The position numbers and the translations under genes were made by a program. From an uncultured delta proteobacterium (GTDB lineage Bacteria > Myxococcota_A > Polyangia > Polyangiales > Polyangiaceae): a stretch of 64,000 nucleotides of DNA. The notes under the pieces were generated by a model. It had not been told where the DNA came from and did not search any database. It was given only the letters and a program-made list of their open reading frames with translations. The DNA is taken from contig CAWDXG010000004.1 in the NCBI GenBank assembly GCA_963806225.1, positions 4,480,001 through 4,544,000 of the forward strand, read 5' to 3'. Each line of letters opens with the position of its first letter. Position 1 is the stretch's first letter. Positions 9,266 to 18,582 of this stretch are shown piece by piece.

Positions 9266-11201
9266 GCAAGGTGCGTTGCTTGCACAGGTCGCGGACAAGT
9301 CGCCGCATCTTGTGCAGGTCGAACGGCTTCTCGATGCGCGGGTTGGGCACCGTGGCGAGGAACTCCGCCGCGCGCGGCGTGAATGCGCCGCCGGTCATGA
9401 ACACGAGCGTCTTCTCCGCGCCCGGACGTTGGGTCGAGAGCTTTCGGTACAGATCCATGCCAGACATGCCGGGCATCAGGAGGTCGCATAGGACCACGTC
9501 GAAGCCCATTTCTCCCAGGAGCAGGTCCAGCGCTTCGCGTCCGCTTGTCGACAGCTGCACGTCGTATTCGTCGCCCAGCACGCGTCCGAGCATCGAAGCG
9601 ACGGGGAGCTCGTCGTCGATGACCAGCACCCGGGGGTGCCGCTCGCCGGGGATCGGTCTGGGCGGCGTGAGCGAGCGTCGCGGTTGATCGTCCTTCTTGT
9701 GATGCGCCGGCAGAACGACGCGGAACACCGTTCCGCTGCCGACGGCGCTGGCCACGTTGATCTCGCCGCCGAGTGCAGTGACGATGCTGTGACAGATAGG
9801 AAGCCCCAATCCCGTGCCGATGCCGATGGGCTTGGTCGTGAAGAACGGATCGAAGACCCGGTCGAGCAGCTCGCCCGGGATGCCTGCGCCCGTATCCCCG
9901 ATTTCTGCCACGACCTTTCCCGTGTCGTCGACCCCGAGCGAGACGCGGACGGTGTGTCGGTCCTTCTCGCCCTGGGGCACCGCCTGCGCCGCGTTGATGA
10001 GCAGATTCAAGAACACCTGCTCGAGCCGGGCGGCGTTGGCGTAGACCGTTGGAACGCCGTCCTCGAACTGCTCCACCAGCCGGGCGCGAGGAGCGATCTG
10101 GCTCTGGGCTACCTTGATGGCCGAGCTGAGCACCCGGCGCAGATCCACCGCGCTGCGTTCGTCTTCCTCTTTGGTGCCGGAAAATGCCCTGAGGTCCCGC
10201 ACGATGGTGCTGACCCGCTCCGCGCCGTGGCGGGCCTCGTCCAGGCGACCGATCAGATGCTGCAGGCGTTCCTCGTCGCCTTCGAAGCGCGGAAGCTCGC
10301 GGAGCAGGTACTGCAGATTCAAGAGCACGTAGGCCAGGGGGTTGTTGATCTCGTGCGCGACGCCCGCAGCGAGCGTACCAATGGCCGTGGTGCGATCCGC
10401 CTGGACCAGCTCGGTCTGGAGCTGACGGCGATTCTCGAGGTTGCGCACGAACGACAGCACCGCCGGCTCGCCGTCCCACTCGACGCGTAGGTCCACCACT
10501 TCCACCGCCACGAAATGACCGTCCCGGTGCCTGAGGCGGAGCTCTCCAGGCGGCAGTCGGTTGCCCGCCAGCGTCTCGCGGATACGCGTGTAGGCCTTGT
10601 CGACGTCGTCGTGGTGGATCCGGTCGTGGCTGGATAGCTTGGCCAGCTCGTCGAGATGGTCGTACCCCGCCAGCTTGAGCTGGGCGGGGTTGACGTAGAC
10701 AAGACCCTCCATGTTGACGACCACGACCGCGTCGGGAGCAGCTTCGACCAGTTGCCTGAAGCGCTGCTCGGACTGGCGCAGCGCCTGCTCGGCTCGTCGT
10801 CGCTCGGCCGTGTCGAAGAAGAAATTGACGGTAGCTGGCTGCCCGTCGAGCGTGGTGTCGCTGGCTGTGAGGCGGACGGGTATCGCTGTGCCGTTCTTGT
10901 GGATGAGCTCCGTCTCCAGTACGCGCGGGACGTTCTCGCCGCGGCGCAGGCGGCCCCGCCAGCGCCGGATTTCCGGTACCATTTCCGGGCGGAAGTGGGA
11001 GTAGACTGGGAGCCCCAGCATCTCCTCCCGGCTGTAGCCCAGCATGCTGGCGGCGGCCTCGCTGACGAACTCGCGGTGCCCGCCCGGACCGTCGGCCACG
11101 GCGACAACCAGACCTATCCGCGCCTGGGTCGCCGCCTGGAGGAGGGCTCTGGCAACCGCCTTCAGGGGCTCTCCGCCCGGTCTGGAGCCTGTCGGCGTCA
11201 T
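9249..11201 (-). CDS. Hybrid sensor histidine kinase PAS-PAS-HisKA-HATPase-REC
   Basis: AHEINNPL H-box; NLLINA; DTGAGI; FFTTK; GTGLGL; C-terminal receiver (LCDLLMP). Confidence 0.93.
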   Translation of the reverse strand: MTPTGSRPGGEPLKAVARALLQAATQARIGLVVAVADGPGGHREFVSEAAASMLGYSREEMLGLPVYSHFRPEMVPEIRRWRGRLRRGENVPRVLETELIHKNGTAIPVRLTASDTTLDGQPATVNFFFDTAERRRAEQALRQSEQRFRQLVEAAPDAVVVVNMEGLVYVNPAQLKLAGYDHLDELAKLSSHDRIHHDDVDKAYTRIRETLAGNRLPPGELRLRHRDGHFVAVEVVDLRVEWDGEPAVLSFVRNLENRRQLQTELVQADRTTAIGTLAAGVAHEINNPLAYVLLNLQYLLRELPRFEGDEERLQHLIGRLDEARHGAERVSTIVRDLRAFSGTKEEDERSAVDLRRVLSSAIKVAQSQIAPRARLVEQFEDGVPTVYANAARLEQVFLNLLINAAQAVPQGEKDRHTVRVSLGVDDTGKVVAEIGDTGAGIPGELLDRVFDPFFTTKPIGIGTGLGLPICHSIVTALGGEINVASAVGSGTVFRVVLPAHHKKDDQPRRSLTPPRPIPGERHPRVLVIDDELPVASMLGRVLGDEYDVQLSTSGREALDLLLGEMGFDVVLCDLLMPGMSGMDLYRKLSTQRPGAEKTLVFMTGGAFTPRAAEFLATVPNPRIEKPFDLHKMRRLVRDLCKQRTLLSPKQ

Positions 11202-11253
11202 GCCACACTAGAATACTCTCGCCTCGCCCCGAGCTGGTGCTAGAAACGGGGCC

Positions 11254-11937
11254 GTGAAGCTGGCACAGGTCGCACAGCTGGTATTCATCGTCCTAGCGGC
11301 GTTTGCGGTCTACTCCTTTGTCTCGACCGCGCAGAGCGCCGAGCTCAGGCGTTTCTGCACGCCCTTGTGCGCGATGCAGCCGAACTACGCCGACGCCAAC
11401 CGCCTCGCCCCCGACTTCGAGCTCCCGTCCATCGACGGCAAGAACGTCAAGCTCTCGGACTACCGGGGCAAGGTCGTGATCCTCAACTTCTGGACCAAGA
11501 ACTGCGGGCCCTGCCTGCAGGAGATGCCGTCCCTCGCTTCCCTGGCGCAGGTGGTCAACCAGCGCAGCGACATGCGCGTCGTGACCGTGTCGACCGATTC
11601 GAGCGCTGCCGATGTGAAGGCCACGCTCAAGTCGGTCCTGGCCGGACCGCCGCCGTTCGACGTTCTCGTCGACTCCGACTCCGACGTGGTGGCCGGCAAG
11701 TTCGGGACCGATCTCTACCCGGAGACCTGGTACATCGACCCGAAGGGCGTCATCCGCGCGCGCTTCGACGGAGCACGCGACTGGAACACCGCGCTGCCGA
11801 TCGACCTGGCGAAGAGCTTCGAGGTCGAGAACAGCTGCAGCACGGGGCTCATGGATCCGGAGCCGTTGCGCTTCTCCCGCGGCCGGGCCATGGGCAAGCT
11901 CGCCGGCATCTGCCAGGACGTAGGGATCGCGAACTGA
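11254..11937 (+). CDS. TlpA/ResA-like thiol-disulfide oxidoreductase
   Basis: APDFEL...LNFWTKNCGPC; YPET; N-terminal membrane anchor. Confidence 0.88.
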   Translation: MKLAQVAQLVFIVLAAFAVYSFVSTAQSAELRRFCTPLCAMQPNYADANRLAPDFELPSIDGKNVKLSDYRGKVVILNFWTKNCGPCLQEMPSLASLAQVVNQRSDMRVVTVSTDSSAADVKATLKSVLAGPPPFDVLVDSDSDVVAGKFGTDLYPETWYIDPKGVIRARFDGARDWNTALPIDLAKSFEVENSCSTGLMDPEPLRFSRGRAMGKLAGICQDVGIAN

Positions 11938-11943
11938 CGCTGC

Positions 11944-12660
11944 TCAGGGCGAGCACGCCTTGAAGGTCGGCAGGAGCTGGCTGTCGACGCACTTCCCGCC
12001 GTTCGTGCAAGCGTCCGGGTGGTTGCCGCAGAAGATGCGCTCGTTCGACTGGCTGCACTGGCTCTGGCACTCGACGTGGCCGTAGAAGTGGTACTGCCCG
12101 TACTGCTGGATCGTGCCGCAGCAGAACTGACCCGGGCAATCCTCGGGGCCATCGCACTTGATAGGGGCGGAAAGCGTCGGACATCCGCCGGGTGAGCAGG
12201 AGTAGCCCTGTTGCGAGGCGCAGCACGACCCGCCCTGCGACACGTCGCACGGGCTGCCGCTACAGGAAACCACACCTGCGCCGGAGGTGTTGCCGCCGCC
12301 GCTCCCGCCGTTGCCGCCGGTATTGCCGCCGCCGGTGCCGCTAGCGCCGGTGCCTCCGGTGTTGCCTCCGCCGCTGCCGGCATTGCCGCCGGTGTTGCCA
12401 CCGCCGCTGCCGCCACTGCTCCCGCCCGTGCCGGTGGCTCCGGTTCCACCGGTGCTGCCGCCCGTGCCGGTGGCGCCGCTGCCGCCCGTGCCGGTGGCGC
12501 CGCTGCCGCCCGTGCCGCTGCCGCCCGTGCCGCTGCCGCCCGTGCCGGTCTTCTGGCCGCCACCACCGTTCAGCAGGTCACCATTGTTGCTGCCGCCGCA
12601 GCCGACCGTCAGGCCGAGACCAAGTGCTAGAAATGCGAGAAGCGCATGGCGGGGGTTCAT
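11944..12660 (-). CDS. Lipoprotein with Gly/Thr linker and Cys-rich domain
   Basis: Lipobox LTVGC; GGSGT repeats; CDGPEDCPGQFCC motif. Confidence 0.8.
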   Translation of the reverse strand: MNPRHALLAFLALGLGLTVGCGGSNNGDLLNGGGGQKTGTGGSGTGGSGTGGSGATGTGGSGATGTGGSTGGTGATGTGGSSGGSGGGNTGGNAGSGGGNTGGTGASGTGGGNTGGNGGSGGGNTSGAGVVSCSGSPCDVSQGGSCCASQQGYSCSPGGCPTLSAPIKCDGPEDCPGQFCCGTIQQYGQYHFYGHVECQSQCSQSNERIFCGNHPDACTNGGKCVDSQLLPTFKACSP

Positions 12661-12866
12661 CCGTGCCTCCGTGAAGCTGGCAAGTGGCGCGCTACGAGCG
12701 CGCTCGAAACCTAGCTCGTCGCGGCGCGCGCGGCCAGGGATGTCCGGGTGCTATCGGGCCCAGTTCCGGGCCTACTTCTGTCGCGAAAACGGAAGTTTCC
12801 GGTGTGGTTGGCCGCGCCGCCGTCAGAGGCTCCGGCGCCGGACCGGACGTGGTAGTCCAGTGAGCG

Positions 12867-13130
12867 GTGAAAACGCTGGTCTGCCGCTGCGAGGACGTGA
12901 CGCTTCACGAGCTCGAGCACGCCATCGAGCTCGGGCATCGCGACATAGAGTCCATCAAGCGCTACACGGGTTTCGGCACGGGCTGGTGCCAGGGCAAGTC
13001 GTGCCTGGCTCTGTGCGCCAGACTGCTCGCGGAACGTGGCGGCGATCCCGGCAAGGGCATCACCCCTCGGCCGCCCTTTCATCCCACGCCTATCGCTGAT
13101 CTGGCTGCGCTCGACCCCGACTGGGAGTAG
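12867..13130 (+). CDS. BFD-like (2Fe-2S)-binding protein
   Basis: CRCEDV...[16 protein letters not shown]...PRPP, resembling the C-terminal domain of sarcosine/proline dehydrogenase alpha subunits. Confidence 0.85.
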   Translation: MKTLVCRCEDVTLHELEHAIELGHRDIESIKRYTGFGTGWCQGKSCLALCARLLAERGGDPGKGITPRPPFHPTPIADLAALDPDWE

Positions 13131-13140
13131 CGCCTGCCGT

Positions 13141-13503
13141 CTATTCTCCCTCGTACTCGCAGCGCGCGTCGCACGTTTCGTGGACGGTGATGCGCGAGAG
13201 CTGGGGTAGCTGGGGGCGGATCTTCTCCCAGAGCCAGCGGGCGAGGTTTTCGCTGGTCGGGTTGTCGAGCCCCTCCACCTCGTTGAGGTAGCGGTGGTCG
13301 AGCGCGTCGTAGAGCGGCGCCCAGATCCCGTCGATCTCGCCGTAGTCGATGAACCAGCCGGTTTCTGGATCGACGGGTCCCGAGACGGTGAGCTCGATCT
13401 TGAAGCTGTGTCCGTGCAGTCGCTCGCACTTGTGCCCGGGAGGGACTTTCGGCAGGCGATGCGCCGCTTCAAAGCGGTATTCCTTCACCAGACGTACGTT
13501 CAC
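13141..13503 (-). CDS. queD: 6-carboxytetrahydropterin synthase QueD
   Basis: FEAAHRL...KCERLHGHSF...LDHRYLNE...NPTSENLA...VHET. Confidence 0.95.
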   Translation of the reverse strand: MNVRLVKEYRFEAAHRLPKVPPGHKCERLHGHSFKIELTVSGPVDPETGWFIDYGEIDGIWAPLYDALDHRYLNEVEGLDNPTSENLARWLWEKIRPQLPQLSRITVHETCDARCEYEGE

Positions 13504-13556
13504 GCCGACAAGCGTAGTGCAGGGCCGCTGCTTCGACCAGCGTGTGGCTCCGCGGG

Positions 13557-15170
13557 TCAGCTCCTGGCCGGCGCCGGAAGCAGCACGCCGGGGTTCAGCA
13601 CGCCCGCCGGATCGAGCGCGCGCTTGGCAGCGCCGAGTGCGGCGGCGAAGCCTTCCGGTCGCTGGCGGTCGTACCAGGGACGGAAGTCGCGCCCGACCGC
13701 GTGGTGGTGCGTCACCGTGCCGCCGTGGTCGAGCATCGAGTCGGTGATCGCGCCCTTGATGGTGTTCCACTGCTCGAGCTCCGCCCCGCGGCGCGCCGGC
13801 GTGATCACGGTGAAATAGGGCGCTGCGCCGTCCGGGTACGCGTGCGTGATGCGGCAGGTGACGATCGACGCGCCCCCCGTCGCGTTCGCGGCCTCGCGTG
13901 CAGCCGCGCCGACGGCCGTGTACAGCTCATCGAAGCGATCCCACGTCGTCGCGGTCTCGAAGGTCTCGACGAACACGCCGAGTGCGACCAGCTCGTCGCG
14001 CAGATAGGGCGCGCGGATGAACGCCTGGCGCCAGGCTGCGCTCGCGCCTTCGCGCAGTGTGCCTTCGTCGCTCTTCACGCGGATCGCACTGTCCGGCACT
14101 TCGCCGCCGAGATCCCGCACGAGCTCCGCCGCGCGACCTATCCACGCGTCCAGCGGGTGGTCGTCGGATTCGAAACCGACGATGAGCACCGCCTGGTCCC
14201 CGCCGCCCGCTCCATTGAGCATCGCTTCGATCGGATCGAGCAGCCGGCAGTTCGCGGGATACAGCCCCGCCTGCGCGATGCGCCGGACCGCGCGCGCCCC
14301 CGCCAGGAAATCAGGGAATCCAGCGCTGAACGAGGCGCGGAAGCGGGGCCGCGTGAACACCTTCATCCAGGCCTCGGTGATCACGCCGAGGATGCCCTCG
14401 GAGCCGATGAACAGCCGATCCGGGCTCGGCCCTGCGCCGGAGCCGGGCAGCCGTCGCGACTCGACGATGCCGTGCGGCGTGACCACGCGCAGCCCCTCGA
14501 CCAGCTCGTCGATGTGGGTGAAGAGCGTCGCGAAGTGTCCGCCCGAGCGCGTCGCGATCCAGCCGCCGAGCGTCGAGAACTCGAACGACTGCGGATAGTG
14601 CCTCAGGCTCAACCCCTCGGCGCGGAGCTGCTCTTCCAGCACCGGGCCCAGCGCGCCGGCCTGGATGCGTGCGGCGCGCGAGACGGGGTCGATTTCCAGC
14701 ACGCGATCGAGCTTCGTCAAGTCGATAGACAGCGTGCCCTTGTAGTCGCCGCCGACTACCGGCTCCACGCCACCGCAGACGCTCGAGCCGCCGCCGAACG
14801 GGATCGCTGCGACTCGCGCATCGTTGCACCAATCGAGCAGCGCGACGATGTCCGCCTCTGTCTCCGGAAAGGCGACGAGATCGGGAGGGTTTTCGAAATC
14901 GCGCGCGAAGGCGCGCACCAGATCGCGGTACGACTTGCCGTAGCTGTGCGACGCACGATCGAACGGCGCGACGCTGGTCTTCGACGCGATCGCATCCGGC
15001 GCCTTCACGCGCGGCGCACGCAGCTCGACTTCGTCGAGGGTCGGCGCCGGACGGCGCTCGACGTGCTCCATGCCGAGCATCGGCCCGAGCGCGGCGCGCA
15101 CGCCGGCGAGCTGCGCCTCGTCGGGCCCTTCGTGCTCGTAGCCCCAGCCCCAGAAGCGGCGTTTCTGCAT
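13557..15170 (-). CDS. FAD-linked oxidase, alkyl-DHAP synthase-like
   Basis: PFGGGSSVCGG; HYPQSFEFSTLGGWIATRSGG; THHHAVG; LDPAGVLNPG. Confidence 0.85.
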   Translation of the reverse strand: MQKRRFWGWGYEHEGPDEAQLAGVRAALGPMLGMEHVERRPAPTLDEVELRAPRVKAPDAIASKTSVAPFDRASHSYGKSYRDLVRAFARDFENPPDLVAFPETEADIVALLDWCNDARVAAIPFGGGSSVCGGVEPVVGGDYKGTLSIDLTKLDRVLEIDPVSRAARIQAGALGPVLEEQLRAEGLSLRHYPQSFEFSTLGGWIATRSGGHFATLFTHIDELVEGLRVVTPHGIVESRRLPGSGAGPSPDRLFIGSEGILGVITEAWMKVFTRPRFRASFSAGFPDFLAGARAVRRIAQAGLYPANCRLLDPIEAMLNGAGGGDQAVLIVGFESDDHPLDAWIGRAAELVRDLGGEVPDSAIRVKSDEGTLREGASAAWRQAFIRAPYLRDELVALGVFVETFETATTWDRFDELYTAVGAAAREAANATGGASIVTCRITHAYPDGAAPYFTVITPARRGAELEQWNTIKGAITDSMLDHGGTVTHHHAVGRDFRPWYDRQRPEGFAAALGAAKRALDPAGVLNPGVLLPAPARS

Positions 15171-15192
15171 GCGGGGAGCGTACTCCCCGACG

Positions 15193-16458
15193 TCAGCCGT
15201 TGCAGGAGAAGAGCGCCCAGCCGCCGCGGGTGCCCTTTCCGGCGAACACGACGGCGACGGTGCTGCCCGCGGCGGCGATGGCGAGGTGCTCGAGGTCCAA
15301 AAGGGGCTCGGCTCCGATCTGGCCGCTGAACTTCTGCACGGCTTCCAGGTTGGTCGCGGGCGTGCCGGTCGCGTTGTCCATGCGATACAGAGTCAGGCTG
15401 TTGCCGTTCACCCCCGCCGCGATCAAGCGGCTACCGAGCGCCGCAATGTCCCCGAGGGAGAAGATCGTTCCCTTGAAGGTGCCGCTGGCGACCGCCGCCT
15501 TGGAGCTGTCGGCGAACAGCCGGTACTGCATGCCGATGGCCGACGGGAGCACCACCGCCACGCGGCTTCCGAGGGCGGCGACAGCGCCCCACGGCTGGAC
15601 CCCGAGCTGCTTCTGGGTGCCGGCTCCCGCATCGGCGTCGGGCGCTCCGATCTCGAGGAGTTCCGAACCCGTCGTGAGATGGCCGAGGATCCCGCGCACG
15701 CTCCCGGACGTTGCGATCGCCGCGTTGTCCGCATCCAGAGCGCCGAACAACGCGGTGACGGTGCCATCGAACTGGTCCCCCGTCAGGGTCGCGAGCTGGG
15801 CGCCGGACGCGAGCGACGTCGTCATCGGGTAGGCGAAGGCGTACCTGTCCACTCCCAGGGGCGCGAGCGCATGCGGCCCGACCGTGATCGCGGAAGCGTC
15901 CGGGTTCCGGGCCGTCTTCGGCGAGGCCGGGCTGCCGCCGGCAGACAGCCGGAAGAACATCGCCCCGGCCCCGCCGCCCCCGCAGTTGCCCACGGCGAAA
16001 GCCGCCAGGCCGGCGGAGCCGGTCGTGTCGAAGCTCACCGCCGCCCCCCTGGATGGGGCTGGACCGGGACAGCCGGGCGCGTCGATCTGGACCACGTTGC
16101 CGATCTGTCCGCTGGCGGAGAGATTGGCCAGGGCGTTGTCGTAGAGAGCGACGCCTGGCTCGATCTCGACGTACGCGATGGTGAAGCCCTTCGCCGAAGC
16201 CGCGACGGCGACGCTGTCCACCGTCCGCTGAGCTCGACGCGGCAGTGCACCCGAGGCGACCAACGACAGATCGCAGGGACCAGCCGGAGTCGTGCCGCCG
16301 GTCGCGCCGCTGCCACTGCCGCCGCCCGTGCTCGTTCCCCCGCTCGCCGTGGCGCCGCTTCCTCCACCGCCGCCGCCGGATCGTTCGACGACTCCACCGC
16401 ACGCCCCGACCACCAGAACGAGCGTGGCGGCGAGCCCGGACCATGACTTCATGCGCAT
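15193..16458 (-). CDS. Hypothetical lipoprotein
   Basis: Lipobox VVGAC; Gly linker; beta-rich body. Confidence 0.7.
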   Translation of the reverse strand: MRMKSWSGLAATLVLVVGACGGVVERSGGGGGGSGATASGGTSTGGGSGSGATGGTTPAGPCDLSLVASGALPRRAQRTVDSVAVAASAKGFTIAYVEIEPGVALYDNALANLSASGQIGNVVQIDAPGCPGPAPSRGAAVSFDTTGSAGLAAFAVGNCGGGGAGAMFFRLSAGGSPASPKTARNPDASAITVGPHALAPLGVDRYAFAYPMTTSLASGAQLATLTGDQFDGTVTALFGALDADNAAIATSGSVRGILGHLTTGSELLEIGAPDADAGAGTQKQLGVQPWGAVAALGSRVAVVLPSAIGMQYRLFADSSKAAVASGTFKGTIFSLGDIAALGSRLIAAGVNGNSLTLYRMDNATGTPATNLEAVQKFSGQIGAEPLLDLEHLAIAAAGSTVAVVFAGKGTRGGWALFSCNG

Positions 16459-16467
16459 GTGGCCATT

Positions 16468-18498
16468 CTAGTACGGCGAAGTCACGGTCGCGTGCGCATT
16501 CGTCAGCCCGCTCTTGAAGAACCCGACGTACTGCTGCTGCGCTTCCGGGCTGAAAATGAGCTCGCCGTGCGTGGCGGGCTTTCCGCCCTCGATAAGATCG
16601 AACAGCGTGACGACGCCCGTTCCGCCGGTCGGAAGGTTCCCGGTGACAGGTGCCTTCACCGTTTTCACTCCGGAAATCGCGTGCACCGGGTGGACGAGCT
16701 CGAGGCCGAGCGCCCGGGCGAGCGCTTCACTCGAGCTGTTGGGCACGATGTTGTCGTCCTGCACTTCCTGCAGCAGCACGTCGCGCGGCTTCCAGCCGCT
16801 CACGCCGTCGAGCGGCTCGAGCGTGGCGTTCGGCGCGAAGTTGAGCGGGTCGCCCGGATCGACCAGCACCTGGCTGACGGCGAAGAAGCGGGCGACGGCA
16901 CCGTAGGGCGTGCCATTCGGCACCATGCCCTTGACCACCACGTTGAACAGCCCTGAATCGCGGAGCAGCGTGGTCAAGCCGTCTCCGCCGACGTTCCACG
17001 TGGCGTCGGTGATCTCGGGTGCCAGTGCGAAGAGGGTCGCGCCCTGCACCGAGCCGAAGGAATGTCCGATGTACAGGATGTGCGATAGATCCAGATCGGG
17101 CACGCCGTCCGGCGCGGACTTTCCGTTGGCGTCGAGCGGAAGCAGGTCGAGCTGGCCGAGCGACTCGATGAAGCGCACCAGCTCCAGCTGGTCGGAGCTC
17201 ATCTGGCGGAAGTTGTCGCGCGCGCGCTCGATGTCGAAGCCCTGCGTCTTCGGGTCGATGCCGAAGAAGCCGTACACGCTCGAGATCAGCGTCGACGTGG
17301 AGCCCGCTGGGGCGCGGGAGCCGTGCTCGGGCGAGTCGATCGCGAACACGGCCACGCCGCTCGCGGAAAGCGAGGCCAGCCGCTGCGCCGTGCCCCACGC
17401 ACCGTCCTTGTCGCCGCCCAGGCCGTGCTGGAAGATCACGACCGGGCGCTTGCCGCCCTTCGTCGAGTCGGAAAAGTCGAGGAAGGTCTCGAGCTCTGCC
17501 GTGCTCTGTGCGACGGGCGCGCCGCCCTTGCCGGTCTGCCACTTGCCGTCGTCGAAAGCGAGCGGCTGCCCCGCTGGGCGGGCTTTCCGGAATTCGGGCG
17601 CGGCGAAGGTGGCGCGGAAGCGCACCTCGGTCTTGTCCGTCTTCACCAGCGACCACGGGTCGCCCTGCGCCGGCGGAGGAGCAGCGCGCGCGGCCTTGGC
17701 CATCGCAATGATGCCGTCTTTCACCGTTGCGGTCGTGAACACGGTTGCGCACACCACGTCGCCGCGGGCGACGCCCACGCTGTTCTCGATCACGTCGAGC
17801 GCGTCGGAGATCTCCTTGCCATACGCGTCCCCGGACTTTCCGTGGATGAGCGCGTCCATGTCCTTCGATCGACCGACAGGCGTGCCGTTCTTGGCGTGGA
17901 GCTTCTTCGTCGCCACGAACGCGTAGCGGGTGCCGGGCGTTAGCGGGACGGCCGGCTGTGCGATGAGCGTGAACTCGTCGGTAGTGTAGAAATCGTCCTT
18001 GGCCTGCTCCCACCACGTCGGGATGAGCCCGACGGGTTTGCCCTGGTCTTTCGACTCCGGGTCCACGTTCACCAGGAGCAGAGGCGAGTCCGGTTTCTTG
18101 TAGTCGTTGGCGTCCAGCACCGCGCCCGTCACCGGCGGGTTAGCGTCGGGCAGATCCACGAGGCCGGTGGGATCGATGGGCGACGTGAATTCCATCAGGA
18201 CCCCGCCCGTCGTGGAAAAGCCGTCCATCGCGTCGAGCTCCTTGGCCGTGTCCGGATAGGCGGCCACGAGCTGGTCGGCGGTCTTGGCCGACGTGATGTC
18301 GACGCGGAGCCCCGTGGGGGTCGACGGGTCGGGCACCGTGTAGCGATCCGACGGATACGGCGTCAGGTCCGACTGCGCGGCGGGGCCGTACTTCGCTATC
18401 GAGCTCGGCGCCTTCGAGCCGGAATCGGCGCCGGAGCATCCGCACAAGAGCGCCAGCGCGAGCGGCGGGGCAAGCAGCAGGGAATTGCGGAAAGCCAT
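16468..18498 (-). CDS. Lipoprotein lipase/esterase (Ig-like N-domain plus alpha/beta hydrolase)
   Basis: Lipobox LLCGC; PYPSD...DGFS N-domain; FQHGLGG; GHSFG; D and H catalytic candidates. Confidence 0.8.
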   Translation of the reverse strand: MAFRNSLLLAPPLALALLCGCSGADSGSKAPSSIAKYGPAAQSDLTPYPSDRYTVPDPSTPTGLRVDITSAKTADQLVAAYPDTAKELDAMDGFSTTGGVLMEFTSPIDPTGLVDLPDANPPVTGAVLDANDYKKPDSPLLLVNVDPESKDQGKPVGLIPTWWEQAKDDFYTTDEFTLIAQPAVPLTPGTRYAFVATKKLHAKNGTPVGRSKDMDALIHGKSGDAYGKEISDALDVIENSVGVARGDVVCATVFTTATVKDGIIAMAKAARAAPPPAQGDPWSLVKTDKTEVRFRATFAAPEFRKARPAGQPLAFDDGKWQTGKGGAPVAQSTAELETFLDFSDSTKGGKRPVVIFQHGLGGDKDGAWGTAQRLASLSASGVAVFAIDSPEHGSRAPAGSTSTLISSVYGFFGIDPKTQGFDIERARDNFRQMSSDQLELVRFIESLGQLDLLPLDANGKSAPDGVPDLDLSHILYIGHSFGSVQGATLFALAPEITDATWNVGGDGLTTLLRDSGLFNVVVKGMVPNGTPYGAVARFFAVSQVLVDPGDPLNFAPNATLEPLDGVSGWKPRDVLLQEVQDDNIVPNSSSEALARALGLELVHPVHAISGVKTVKAPVTGNLPTGGTGVVTLFDLIEGGKPATHGELIFSPEAQQQYVGFFKSGLTNAHATVTSPY

Positions 18499-18582
18499 TA
18501 CCCCAGGGTAGCCCAACCGGTCGGCCGGGCAAACCCCGGTAGGCCACTGAAGTCCGGGCACCGCGCGCGCCGATGCGGCTGG

